From contig CAWKEB010000002.1 of the NCBI GenBank assembly GCA_963848505.1, positions 845,840-909,839 on the forward strand: a stretch of DNA of 64,000 nt, given 5' to 3'. Positions 8,932 to 18,300 of the stretch are shown piece after piece. The stretch comes from Candidatus Krumholzibacteriia bacterium. GTDB taxonomy: Bacteria; Krumholzibacteriota; Krumholzibacteriia; LZORAL124-64-63. Below the pieces are notes generated by a model. It searched no databases and was not told the origin of the DNA. It saw only the letters and a program-made list of their open reading frames with translations. Made by a program: the position numbers and the translations under genes. Within the stretch, counting starts at the first letter, position 1; every line of letters begins with the position of its first letter.

Positions 8932-11900
8932 ATGACGTACCGGGATCATAAGAACAACATGGCCGGATGGGCGGCGCTGCTGGGTGTGCTGCTGCTGGTC
9001 GTTGGTGCGGGGGTGGCGGGGGCGCAGACGTTGAGCTTCCAGCCGGTGGCCGGAAGCACCGTGGACTGCGGTGGGACCGTGGACGTCGACGTCATGCTTT
9101 CCGGTGTCGCAAACCTGCGCGGGTATTCGCTCTACGTGCAATTCGATCCGGCGATCGTCACCGAGGCCGGCGTCGCTCCGGGCCCGGACTTTGCAGCGGC
9201 TTGCGCCGATCCCGCATTTTTCGATTACGATCCCGTTGCGGGGCTCCTGCGCGTGGACGCCACCCTGCTGGGGTGCTTCCTGGATGCGACGACCGCGAAG
9301 TCCCTGCTGCGGATCACCTTCGCGCCTGGAGCGATCAAGGATGTCAGCGTCCTGACGTTTGACGGACAGACTCTGCTGCGCGACTCGGCAAACAACACCA
9401 TCATCTACGGGTCCACCGAAGGCAGCGTGGAGAACATCTGCAATACGGCGCCCGTGGTTGCGCCGGCGACCTTCGGCGTGGATGAGAACGGCGCGATCAG
9501 CACGGCGGTCGGCACCGTCCTGGCCAGCGACATCGACACCGTCCGGCCGGACGCCTGGACCTTCGCCATCACCGCCGGCAACGACGGCGGCGAGTTTGCC
9601 ATCGACGCGAACACAGGCGCGATCACCGTCGCCGGGGCGCTCGACTTCGAGACGACTGCGCAGTACGTCCTGACGGTGACGGCCACGGACGACGACACGC
9701 ACACGGCGAAGACCGGTTCGGCGACCATCACCATCAATGTGAACGATGTGAACGAGGCGCCGGTGCTCGATGGTATCGGCGACAAGTCCGTGAACGAGTT
9801 GGTCGCACTGACGTTCACGGCGACGGCCAGTGATGTGGACGCGGGGGCCGCCTTGACGTTCAGCCTCGACGGAACCATCCAGGCACCTGGCATGGCAATC
9901 ACCGCCGGGGGCGTTTTCACTTGGACGCCGACCGAAGCCCAGGGTCCGGGCATCTATCAGGTGATGATCATCGTGTCGGACGGGACGCTGACGGATGACG
10001 AGACGATCAGCATCACGGTGGGCGAAGTGAACCTTGCGCCGGTGTTGGGTGCGCTCGGCAACAAGTCGGTGGCTGAGGAGAACGAACTGGCCTTCACTGC
10101 GACCGCGACCGACGACGACTTCCCGACTCAGGGCCTAACCTTCAGCCTCGACGGCACCATCCAGGCATCCGGCATGGCGATCACCGCCGGGGGTGCTTTC
10201 ACTTGGACCCCGACCGAAGCCCAGGGTCCGGGGCTCTACCAGGTGATGATTATTGTGTCGGACGGGACGCTGACGGACTTCGAAACAATCAGCATCGACG
10301 TTTCCGAGGTGAACGTCGGCCCGACCGTCAGCGACATCCCCGGCCAGAGCGTCGCCGAGGGCGACCCCTTCGCGACGATCAGCCTCGACGCCTACGTCGC
10401 CGACCCGGACCACGCCGACAATCTGCTGACGTGGACGACCTCGGACCCGACCCCCTTGACGGTCGTCATCATCGACCGCGTGGCGACGATCACCGCGCCG
10501 GCGGACTGGAACGGCGACGTGACCATCACGTTCACCGCGACCGATCCCGGTTCGCTCTTCAGCGCGGACGCGGCCACCTTCACCGTCACCGGCGTCAACG
10601 ACCCGCCGGTCGTCGTTCAGCCGCTCGACCAGGAAAGCACCGTGCTCACCGGCCCGACCCTGCAGATCGTGGCCACGGACATCGACAGCGGCACCCTGAC
10701 CTACGCCGCCACGGGCCTGCCCAACGGCCTGGCCATCGACGGTACGGGTCTGATCAGCGGTATGATCGCCTGCAACGCGGTCACCAGCATCGTCCAGGTC
10801 ACCGTTACCGACGACGGCACTCCGGGCCTGTCGGGCTCGAAGACGTTCACCTGGACCATCAATCCCATCGCCACCCCCGTCGCCCTGGCCGGCCTGACCG
10901 CCGCCCAGGTCACCGACGACAACGACGCCGACGGAACCACGAAGATCAACCTCACCTGGACCGTGCCGACCGACACCGGGGCCGACGTCCTGCTCTACCG
11001 CAAGGGCTACGACAGCTACCCGCGCTACCAAGGTGCAGCGCCGGCGCTGCCGATCGACGGCTCCTGGACCCCGGTCGCGACCGTTGCCGCGAGCGCGGGT
11101 GCCTACGTCGACGAGCACACGACTCGCGGCTTCTGGTACTACACCGCCGTCGTCGCCAACTCCTGCGGCGGCGAGTCCGTCGCGGCTCCGCTGACCGGCG
11201 GTACCCTCAACTACCACCTGGGCGACGTGGCCGACGGCATAACCCCAGGTGCGGGCAACAATGTAGTCACCACGGCTGACATCTCCGCTCTGGGTGAGGA
11301 CTACGCGGAGGTTCCGACCGTCGCCAACGACTACCTCGACATCGGCCCCACCACCGACTACCGCATCTGGAGCCGCCCGGTGCCCGACAACATCCTCGAC
11401 TTCGAGGACCTGATCCTCATGGCCATCAACTTCGGCGCCGTCGGCAAGAGCCTGGGCGGCCCCGAGCCCGCCGATCGCAACGAACTGATGGTGTTCGTGC
11501 CCGAGGGCGTTGCCAGCGACGGCAAGCTGGTCGTCAGCCTGTGGCTCAGCGCCGACGGGACCCTCAAGGGCACCAGCATTCCCCTGACCTGGAACGCCGA
11601 CGTGGTCAAGCCCATCGGCTTCGAGCGCGGCGGCCTGGTCGCGGCGCAGGACGGGCAGGGCCTGCTCCTGTCGCCGGCGCCCGGTACGGTGGACTTCGCG
11701 CTCTTCGGGGCCATCGACCGGGGCATCAGCGGCGAAGGCCTGCTGGCGACGGTCACCTTCGAGGTGCTGAAGGACGGCGACGCCGGCATCGGCATCGGCG
11801 CGGTCAAGGCCCGCGACCTGGAGAACATGACGCTGGACCTGGACGCCTCGGTCACCTTCGGCGCGCCCGAGTCCATGGACGTGCCCCTGGTCAGCGTGCT

Positions 11901-12165
11901 GCACCACAACTTCCCCAACCCCTTCAACCCGACGACCACCTTCAAGTACGGCGTCGCGGTCGAGGGTCGGGTCTCGATCGAGGTCTATGACGTCCGCGGA
12001 CGCCTGGTGACGACCCTGCTGGACGAGGTCGTCCGTCCGGGCACCTACGCGGTGATCTGGGACGGCACCGACAACGGCGGTCGACGCGCGGCCTCGGGCG
12101 TGTACCTGGCCCGCTTCAAGGCCGTGGACAAGACCGAGATGCAGCGGATGACGCTGCTGAAGTAG
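8932..12165 (+). CDS. Secreted surface protein: signal peptide, N-terminal cohesin-like module, a cadherin-like repeat, two tandem Ig-like (He_PIG/putative-Ig-like) repeats, further Ig-like region, then the same dockerin-like + cohesin-like + T9SS CTD cassette as the preceding giant protein.
   Basis: Seen in sequence: start MTYRDHKNNMAGWAALLGVLLLVVGAGVAGAQT (ATG at 8932, same frame as ORF 8707). Cadherin-like VDENGAISTAVGTVLASDIDT...YVLTVTATDDDTHTAKTGSATITINVNDVNEAPV. Dockerin-like LGDVADGITPG...DISALGEDY...PDNILDFEDLILMAINFG. Cohesin-like LMVFVPEGVASDGKLVVSLWLSADGTLKGTSIPLTWNADVVKPIGF...LLATVTFEVL. CTD FPNPFNPTTTFKYGV...VSIEVYDVRGRLVTTLL...GVYLARF...QRMTLLK. Confidence 0.8.
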   Translation: MTYRDHKNNMAGWAALLGVLLLVVGAGVAGAQTLSFQPVAGSTVDCGGTVDVDVMLSGVANLRGYSLYVQFDPAIVTEAGVAPGPDFAAACADPAFFDYDPVAGLLRVDATLLGCFLDATTAKSLLRITFAPGAIKDVSVLTFDGQTLLRDSANNTIIYGSTEGSVENICNTAPVVAPATFGVDENGAISTAVGTVLASDIDTVRPDAWTFAITAGNDGGEFAIDANTGAITVAGALDFETTAQYVLTVTATDDDTHTAKTGSATITINVNDVNEAPVLDGIGDKSVNELVALTFTATASDVDAGAALTFSLDGTIQAPGMAITAGGVFTWTPTEAQGPGIYQVMIIVSDGTLTDDETISITVGEVNLAPVLGALGNKSVAEENELAFTATATDDDFPTQGLTFSLDGTIQASGMAITAGGAFTWTPTEAQGPGLYQVMIIVSDGTLTDFETISIDVSEVNVGPTVSDIPGQSVAEGDPFATISLDAYVADPDHADNLLTWTTSDPTPLTVVIIDRVATITAPADWNGDVTITFTATDPGSLFSADAATFTVTGVNDPPVVVQPLDQESTVLTGPTLQIVATDIDSGTLTYAATGLPNGLAIDGTGLISGMIACNAVTSIVQVTVTDDGTPGLSGSKTFTWTINPIATPVALAGLTAAQVTDDNDADGTTKINLTWTVPTDTGADVLLYRKGYDSYPRYQGAAPALPIDGSWTPVATVAASAGAYVDEHTTRGFWYYTAVVANSCGGESVAAPLTGGTLNYHLGDVADGITPGAGNNVVTTADISALGEDYAEVPTVANDYLDIGPTTDYRIWSRPVPDNILDFEDLILMAINFGAVGKSLGGPEPADRNELMVFVPEGVASDGKLVVSLWLSADGTLKGTSIPLTWNADVVKPIGFERGGLVAAQDGQGLLLSPAPGTVDFALFGAIDRGISGEGLLATVTFEVLKDGDAGIGIGAVKARDLENMTLDLDASVTFGAPESMDVPLVSVLHHNFPNPFNPTTTFKYGVAVEGRVSIEVYDVRGRLVTTLLDEVVRPGTYAVIWDGTDNGGRRAASGVYLARFKAVDKTEMQRMTLLK
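9769..10322 (+). repeat. Near-identical tandem repeat, two units of ~276 bp, encoding two Ig-like (PF05345-like) domains. Estimated ~85-90% nucleotide identity.
   Basis: Seen in sequence: units FSLDGTIQAPGMAITAGGVFTWTPTEAQGPGIYQVMIIVSDGTLTDDETISITVGEVNLAPV and FSLDGTIQASGMAITAGGAFTWTPTEAQGPGLYQVMIIVSDGTLTDFETISIDVSEVNVGPT. The nucleotide strings are visibly near-identical (cagcctcgacgg[a/c]accatccaggca...). Confidence 0.7.
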
Positions 12166-12176
12166 TGCGAGCGAAG

Positions 12177-12209
12177 GCCGGGAGGGGGCGCCACCGTCCC
12201 CTCCCGGCC
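12177..12209 (+). terminator. Hairpin after the 8932-12165 gene, with a 12-bp GC stem (ggccgggagggg ... cccctcccggcc). Candidate intrinsic terminator with a weak U-tract.
   Basis: Seen in sequence. Confidence 0.35.
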
Positions 12210-12253
12210 GCAACGAACCGCCTCAGCGGCGAAAGTGAGACAGCGACGAAGAC

Positions 12254-13066
12254 ATGAAACGCATCAACCCCTTCGCCAGGCCCGCCGGGGTCATCCTGCT
12301 GCTGATGTTCGCCTCCGTCGCCCTGGCGGACGTGGACCTGGCGGTGCTGCCGGCGGTGATCAACGTCCAGCCGGGCGAGGTCTTCGACGTCGAGTTGACG
12401 ATCACGCCGGCCGGTGGGGCCTTCAACGGCTACGACGCGGTGGTCGCCTTCGATCCTGCGGTCATGACCTTCATCCAGCGCCCGCGGGCCGACCAGGAAG
12501 GTCCGCTGATGACCTCGGTCTGCTCGAACCGCTTCCATGTCTTCAACGTGGCGCCGTCCGGCGACACCCTGAACCTGAGCCATGTGCTGCTGTGCGCCGG
12601 CACCAGCGTCACCGGCCCCGGCGTGGTCTACCGCCTGCGCTTCCAGGCGGGGCTGACTCCGGCGACCACCAGCATCCGCCTGGTCACCGGCACGGCCTTC
12701 TACCTGGCCGGCATCTTCGTCAACCCCGTCCACACCCACGATGCGGAGGTGCGGATCGGCGGCCAGAGCGGCGTGCCGGTTGCCCCGGCCACCGACCCGC
12801 GGCTGACCGCGGCGCCCAATCCTTTCAACCCGTCGACGATGATCTCCTTCGAGGCGGCCGCGGCCATCCGCGCCCGGGTCACCGTCCTCTCCCTGCGCGG
12901 GGAGCGCGTCGCCGAGCTGCTGAACGGCGAGGTCCCTGCCGGCCGCAGCACCGTCACCTGGGACGGGCGCGACGAGCGCGGCCAGAAGCGGGCTTCGGGC
13001 GTCTATACGGTCCGGCTCGAGCTGGGCGACGAATCATTCCAGCAGCAGATCACGCTCATCAAGTAA
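12254..13066 (+). CDS. Small secreted cohesin-like protein with a T9SS C-terminal sorting domain. Candidate anchoring or adaptor partner for the dockerin-bearing proteins upstream.
   Basis: Seen in sequence: signal peptide MKRINPFARPAGVILLLMFASVALA. Cohesin-like DVDLAVLPAVINVQPGEVFDVELTITPAGGAFNGYDAVVAFDPAVMTF...VVYRLRF. CTD APNPFNPSTMISFE...RVTVLSLRGERVAELL...SGVYTVRLE...QQITLIK. Confidence 0.75.
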   Translation: MKRINPFARPAGVILLLMFASVALADVDLAVLPAVINVQPGEVFDVELTITPAGGAFNGYDAVVAFDPAVMTFIQRPRADQEGPLMTSVCSNRFHVFNVAPSGDTLNLSHVLLCAGTSVTGPGVVYRLRFQAGLTPATTSIRLVTGTAFYLAGIFVNPVHTHDAEVRIGGQSGVPVAPATDPRLTAAPNPFNPSTMISFEAAAAIRARVTVLSLRGERVAELLNGEVPAGRSTVTWDGRDERGQKRASGVYTVRLELGDESFQQQITLIK

Positions 13067-13072
13067 CCTCGG

Positions 13073-13118
13073 GTCCGCGCCCGACGTCTCTTTGGGCGGC
13101 GGGCGCGGACGGCTTTTC
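13073..13118 (+). terminator. Rho-independent terminator-like hairpin (gtccgcgcccg ... cgggcgcggac) followed by cttttcc.
   Basis: Seen in sequence: 11-bp perfect stem plus a T-run. Confidence 0.5.
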
Positions 13119-13441
13119 CGCTGGTCGCAGCCAACCCGGCCCCGATCGGCACCGCGTTCGAGGAGCCGTCCCGCCCGCCGCCTCCGCAAGACCATCCAGC
13201 ATGAATCATGACCTGCCGTCAGATTTCCTTCCCCCGGGGGAAGGCCGCGCCACGCATCTGCCAACTCTGCCAGGTCGCCGCCAACCTGGCATGTCAACCT
13301 GGCATGATCCTTTCCTTGGTTGGCTGAATACTGTATGCGGAAACAGCTAAATATGATAAATGAAACGAGTTATAAATTACCATCCCGCTGGCCCCGCGAA
13401 TGCAATCCCCTCCCCGAACAATCGACCCCGAGGAGATCCCC

Positions 13442-16057
13442 ATGAAGAACCTGACCGTCAACGCCATGGAAGCCCTGCAGCGGGCCCAGTCCAAGGCTTA
13501 CGCACTGAAGCACGCGGAGCTGGAGCCCCTGCACCTGCTGTGGGCCCTGCTGGCCGAGACCGGCCTGGCCACCAACACCCTGCGCGGCCTGGAGCTGGAT
13601 CCGGCCCTGATCGCCCGCACCGCCGAGCAGGAGCTGCGCTCCCTGCCCACGGTCCAGCATGTGGACGTGCCCAACGCCGGCCGCGACCTGCAGCGCCTGC
13701 TGCTGGAAGCGGAGAAGCTGGCCAAGAACGCCGGCGGCATGGTGGGCACCCGCGAGCTGCTGCTGGCCCTGGCGACCGATCCCGGCCGCGCCGGCAGCGT
13801 GCTGAAGACCTTTGACGTCACCGCCAGGAAGCTGGCCCAGGCCCTGGAGCAGACCGGCGCCGACCAGGCCTATCAGGGCGACGATGAAGCGGGCGTCGGC
13901 GACGGCCAGCAGTCCGCCCTGGCGACCTATGCCCGCGACCTGTGCGCCGCCGCGCGCGCCGGCAAGATCGACCCCATCATCGGCCGCGACGAGGAGATCC
14001 GGCGCACCATCCAGATCCTCAGCCGCCGCACCAAGAACAACCCCGTGCTGATCGGCTCCCCCGGCGTGGGCAAGACCGCCGTGGCCGAGGGCCTGGCCCG
14101 CCGCCTGGTCGAGGGCGACGTGCCCGAGGGCCTGAAGGACAAGCACCTCTACGCCCTGGACCTGGGCGCACTGATCGCCGGCACCAAGTACCGCGGCGAG
14201 TTCGAGGAGCGGCTCAAGAAGGTCATCAAGGAGGTCACCGAGCAGGAAGGCCAGGTGCTGCTGTTCATCGACGAGATGCACACCCTGGTCGGCGCCGGCG
14301 CCACCGGCGGCGCCATGGACGCCAGCAACATCCTCAAGCCGGCGCTGGCCCGGGGCGAGCTGCACTGCATCGGCGCCACCACCATCGACGAATACCGGCA
14401 GCACATCGAGAAGGATCCCGCCCTCGAACGGCGCTTCCAGCCCGTCATGGTGGAAGAGCCCACCTGGGAGCAGGCCGTGGCCATCCTGCGCGGCCTCAAG
14501 GAGCGCTACGAGGTTCACCACGGCATCCGCATCACCGATGGCGCCATCGTCGCGGCGGTGAAGATGTCCCAGCGCTACATCGCCGACCGCATGCTGCCGG
14601 ACAAGGCCATCGACCTGATGGACGAGGCCGCCAGCCGCCTGCGCATGGAGATCGACAGCGTGCCGGCCGAGGTGGACGACCTGCAGCGGCAGCTCAATCA
14701 GCTGGAGATGGAGCGCCTGGCCCTGGAGAAGGAGACCGACCGCTCGGCCGTGGCGCGCCGCGAGACCATCGACCGCCACCTGGCCGAACTGCGCGACGAA
14801 CTGGGCCAGGTCCAGGCCCGCTGGCAGCAGGAGAAGGCAGCCATCGAGGTGATCCGCACCCTGCAGAAGGAGCAGGAGAACCTCCTGCTGGAGATGGAGG
14901 CCGCCGAGCGCCGTGGCGACCTCGCGAAAGCAAGCGAGCTGAAGTACAGCGGCCTGAAGAGCCTCGAAAAGCGCCTGGCCGCGGCCCGCGACGAACTGAA
15001 GACGGTCCAGGGCGCGCGCCCGCTGCTGAAGGAGGAGGTCGACGAGGACGACATCGCCGAGCTGGTGGCCAAGTGGACCGGCATCCCCGCCCAGCGCCTG
15101 GTCGAGGACGAGATGGCCAAGCTGCGCGACCTGGAGCAGCGCATCGGCGGCCGCGTGGTGGGCCAGGACGAGGCGGTCGGCAAGGTCGCCCGCACCATCC
15201 GCCGAGCGCGCGCGGGCCTCACCGACCGCAACCGGCCCCTGGGCTCGTTCCTGTTCCTGGGCCCCACCGGCGTGGGCAAGACCGAGCTCGCCAAGGCCCT
15301 GACCGAGCAGATGTTCGGCGACGAGACGCACATGGTGCGCCTGGACATGTCCGAGTACATGGAGCGGCACGCGGTGGCCCGCATGATCGGCGCGCCCCCG
15401 GGCTACGTGGGCTTCGAGGCCGGCGGCCAGCTGACCGAGGCGGTGCGCCGCCACCCCTACAGCGTGATCCTGCTGGACGAGGTGGAGAAGGCCCACCCCG
15501 AGGTGATGAACGTGCTGCTGCAGCTGCTGGACGACGGCCGCCTGACCGACGGCAAGGGCCGCGTGGTGGACTTCCGCAACACGCTGGTCATCATGACCAG
15601 CAACCTGTGCCAGGGTCCGGAGTTCGAATCGCGTCCCGGAGATGACCGCGCCGAGGCGCGGCTGATGGAGGGTCTGCAGGGCCACTTCCGCCCCGAGCTG
15701 CTGAACCGCCTGGACGGTATCGTGCGCTTCGGCGCCCTGGGTCGCGAGCTGGTGGCGCAGATCGTCAAGCTGGAGCTGGCCAAGGTCGCCCGCAGCCTGG
15801 CCGAGCAGGAGATCGGACTGGAGGTCACCGACGCGGCCGTGGCGCTGCTGGCCGAGCGGGGGTTCGATCCGCAATTCGGCGCGCGGCCGGTCAAGCGCGT
15901 CATCCAGCGCGAGGTGCAGGACCGGGCGGCGGACCTGATCCTGGCCGGCGAGGTGCGGCCGGATGCGACGATCGTGCTGGATGTCGACGGCGAGGGGTTC
16001 GTGGCGCGGGTGCAGGAGACCCGCGCCGGGGAGGCGGCGCAGCATGGGCAGGGGTAG
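13442..16057 (+). CDS. clpB: ATP-dependent chaperone ClpB (AAA+ disaggregase).
   Basis: Seen in sequence: Clp N-domain [37 protein letters not shown]. Two Walker A motifs ([16 protein letters not shown]). A long coiled-coil M-domain between NBD1 and NBD2. 872 aa from ATG 13442. Confidence 0.95.
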   Translation: MKNLTVNAMEALQRAQSKAYALKHAELEPLHLLWALLAETGLATNTLRGLELDPALIARTAEQELRSLPTVQHVDVPNAGRDLQRLLLEAEKLAKNAGGMVGTRELLLALATDPGRAGSVLKTFDVTARKLAQALEQTGADQAYQGDDEAGVGDGQQSALATYARDLCAAARAGKIDPIIGRDEEIRRTIQILSRRTKNNPVLIGSPGVGKTAVAEGLARRLVEGDVPEGLKDKHLYALDLGALIAGTKYRGEFEERLKKVIKEVTEQEGQVLLFIDEMHTLVGAGATGGAMDASNILKPALARGELHCIGATTIDEYRQHIEKDPALERRFQPVMVEEPTWEQAVAILRGLKERYEVHHGIRITDGAIVAAVKMSQRYIADRMLPDKAIDLMDEAASRLRMEIDSVPAEVDDLQRQLNQLEMERLALEKETDRSAVARRETIDRHLAELRDELGQVQARWQQEKAAIEVIRTLQKEQENLLLEMEAAERRGDLAKASELKYSGLKSLEKRLAAARDELKTVQGARPLLKEEVDEDDIAELVAKWTGIPAQRLVEDEMAKLRDLEQRIGGRVVGQDEAVGKVARTIRRARAGLTDRNRPLGSFLFLGPTGVGKTELAKALTEQMFGDETHMVRLDMSEYMERHAVARMIGAPPGYVGFEAGGQLTEAVRRHPYSVILLDEVEKAHPEVMNVLLQLLDDGRLTDGKGRVVDFRNTLVIMTSNLCQGPEFESRPGDDRAEARLMEGLQGHFRPELLNRLDGIVRFGALGRELVAQIVKLELAKVARSLAEQEIGLEVTDAAVALLAERGFDPQFGARPVKRVIQREVQDRAADLILAGEVRPDATIVLDVDGEGFVARVQETRAGEAAQHGQG

Positions 16058-16244
16058 GCTCCGGTCCGCCCGGCAGCCTTGTCGCCGTTCGATTGGCTTT
16101 TGACACAGCGAAGTCAGTTTGTGCCAGAATGCACGCAGGCGCGGGGATTGGTGCCTGCTTGATTCCATCTGCCCATCATCGATCGATCGCACACGCCTGC
16201 CGTTTTCTCCGGCTCGATTTCTGTATCCGGAAAGGAGCCCGGCC

Positions 16245-17684
16245 ATGAAGAAACTCGCGATCCTGTTTGCCTGCTTCCTCCTCATTCCCCTCATCGCCTG
16301 CCAGGAAGAGACCCCGAACGCGCCGCCCGATGCGCCGGCGAGCACCGGGCTCGTCGGCGTCGATGCCGAGCGGATCGCCGCCTCCATCCTGGAGCGCACG
16401 GGCTGGCCGGCCATCGATGAGGACGGCAATCCCCTTGAGCCGGTCGGCGGTCAGCTGCCCGGGACCGACAAGTGCCTGGTGATCGCCGTCGAGCGGACGA
16501 TGATCACCGGCGACATCGCGCACTACGCGTTCCTCGTCCAGGTCGGTCGCGGTCAATACGACCGGATCGGCATCCATCGCGTCGTGAAGGAGAGCAGGCC
16601 GCACTGTCCGATCAGGACGAAGAAGGCCGTGTTCATGCAGCACGGGGCCTCCACGGATTTCGCCTATTGCTTCCTCCCCGGCCAGGTCTCCGCCTCCACG
16701 CCGGACGACTTCGGCCTGGCCGTGTATCTGGCCGGCAACGGCGTCGACGTGTGGGGAATCGACCAGCGCTGGACCCTGATCCCGCCCGAGGAAACCGCTG
16801 TCGACTACATGGCCGCCTGGGACATGCAGATGCACATCGACGACCTCGGCGTGGGTGTCGATCTGGCCCGCTTCCTGAGGTTCATGACCGGCAACGGCTG
16901 GGACCAGATGCACCTGCTCGGCTTCAGCTTCGGTGCCGAGTTCAGCTTCGGCCTGGTCGATGGCGACTCGCAGCTGCCGCCGGGCCTGCGGCGGATCAAG
17001 GGATTCATCCCGGTCGACATGGTGATCAAGGTGCCCGAGGACTCGCCGTGGCGAGAGTTGATGTGCTCGTTCATTCCTTACTACGAGGAAGTGCTCCCCG
17101 AGGGCCTCTATGGCGAAGGTGCGCTCTTCAGGCCCCTGGGCATCCTGGCCCGCGACGATCCGGACGGCGAATCCCCGGTCTTCCCCGGCATGACCAACCA
17201 CCAGGCCGCGATCGCGTTCGGAACCACCCTGATCTACGGAGTACCACCGTTCCATCTGCTGGCGGGAGTGTTCGACGGCGAAATGCCGATCGGTATGCAG
17301 AATCTCTCCGACGAGGCATGGATCGAGTTCCTCTGTTCGATGTCGTCGCTCGAGTCGAACGTGGCCGGCATGGGCCAGGCCCAGGAGATCTGCGGTTATG
17401 ACGTGCCGTGGAGCCGGCACTGGGCCGATATCCGCATTCCCGTGTTCTACGTGGGTGCGCGGGGAGGCTTCGGAGAGGCGGGTCTCCACCAGCTGGGCCT
17501 GCTCGGCAGCACTGAAGTGTCCTCGCTGATGATCAGCACGAATGCCGATGAACTGCTCGACTTCGGGCATCTCGACCTCTTCCTCAGCGAAGACGCGGAG
17601 GCTCTGGCCTGGCGGCCGATTCTCGATTGGCTCGTGGCACACTCGCCGGGCGGGCGCGGCCCGGCCCGACGGGATGCTTCCTGA
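16245..17684 (+). CDS. Hypothetical lipoprotein of ~480 aa, possibly with an alpha/beta-hydrolase-like fold.
   Basis: Seen in sequence: RBS aaaggag at 16231-16237, ATG at 16245, lipobox-type signal MKKLAILFACFLLIPLIAC. The fold assignment is weak. Confidence 0.55.
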   Translation: MKKLAILFACFLLIPLIACQEETPNAPPDAPASTGLVGVDAERIAASILERTGWPAIDEDGNPLEPVGGQLPGTDKCLVIAVERTMITGDIAHYAFLVQVGRGQYDRIGIHRVVKESRPHCPIRTKKAVFMQHGASTDFAYCFLPGQVSASTPDDFGLAVYLAGNGVDVWGIDQRWTLIPPEETAVDYMAAWDMQMHIDDLGVGVDLARFLRFMTGNGWDQMHLLGFSFGAEFSFGLVDGDSQLPPGLRRIKGFIPVDMVIKVPEDSPWRELMCSFIPYYEEVLPEGLYGEGALFRPLGILARDDPDGESPVFPGMTNHQAAIAFGTTLIYGVPPFHLLAGVFDGEMPIGMQNLSDEAWIEFLCSMSSLESNVAGMGQAQEICGYDVPWSRHWADIRIPVFYVGARGGFGEAGLHQLGLLGSTEVSSLMISTNADELLDFGHLDLFLSEDAEALAWRPILDWLVAHSPGGRGPARRDAS

Positions 17685-17743
17685 CGGCCCGGCTGCGGGA
17701 TGAGCCCGGATAGCAGCGAGTCCTATCGCAGCGATGCCGGCAG

Positions 17744-17775
17744 TTGAGCGCCGGGGCCCCGGTCCCGGCGCTCAA
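17744..17775. promoter_or_regulatory. Perfect 12-bp-arm palindrome (ttgagcgccggg-N8-cccggcgctcaa), 60 nt downstream of the lipoprotein gene and upstream of the metal-efflux locus. Either a terminator hairpin without a U-tract or an operator.
   Basis: Seen in sequence. Confidence 0.35.
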
Positions 17776-17863
17776 TTCCGCCCCGAACTTGCCGATCCCT
17801 GCCGGAGCCCCTAGATTTCCGGGACCGCGGCCGCAGCCGATCCGCGGGGAAACAGCAGGAAGC

Positions 17864-18214
17864 ATGAACCGCAGCACCATCAGCCACATCTGCCTGATCC
17901 TGGCGACCATCCTCATGGCCGCCTCGCTGCCCGTGCCCTCCACCTGCGAGATGACCGCCCATCCCGACGCCGCGCCCTGCGCCTCCGGGACCACCGACGC
18001 GGGGACCACCGACACGGGCGCCCCCGCCGGCAGCACCCACTGCGAAACCGGCTGCACCGACTGCAGCCTGCCCTGCTGCGTCGGCACCGCCGTGATCCTG
18101 GCGGTCGCGCCGACCCTGGCCCCGATCGCGCCGGTCCAGACGCAGCTGCCGCCCGACGCCCCTGCACGCCCCCAGGCCGATCCCGACACCCTGGGCCGCC
18201 CTCCGCGCGCCTAG
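17864..18214 (+). CDS. Small secreted Cys-rich, Pro/Ala/Thr-rich protein of 116 aa immediately upstream of the HME-RND efflux operon. Possible periplasmic metal-binding or accessory protein.
   Basis: Seen in sequence: signal-like MNRSTISHICLILATILMAASLPVP. Cys cluster CETGCTDCSLPCC. Low-complexity P/A-rich tail. AGGAAG RBS before ATG 17864. Confidence 0.45.
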   Translation: MNRSTISHICLILATILMAASLPVPSTCEMTAHPDAAPCASGTTDAGTTDTGAPAGSTHCETGCTDCSLPCCVGTAVILAVAPTLAPIAPVQTQLPPDAPARPQADPDTLGRPPRA

Positions 18215-18300
18215 CCCCCGCCGACCAAGCTTCCCGTTCGACATCCGATCGCGGCGCCCTGCGCCCTGAAGATCCAGCCATCCTGGAAGGAGTCTGCGTC

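Noticed and set aside
7800-12165. Considered whether the shared dockerin-cohesin-CTD cassette of the two large proteins is a nucleotide-level repeat or mobile cassette.
   Set aside because: Similarity is at the protein level only (roughly half identical). The DNA is clearly diverged, so this is paralogy rather than a recent repeat or mobile element.
13942-15645. 567-aa alternate-frame ORF inside clpB.
   Set aside because: Arg/Gly-rich nonsense translation. clpB in the other frame is unambiguous.
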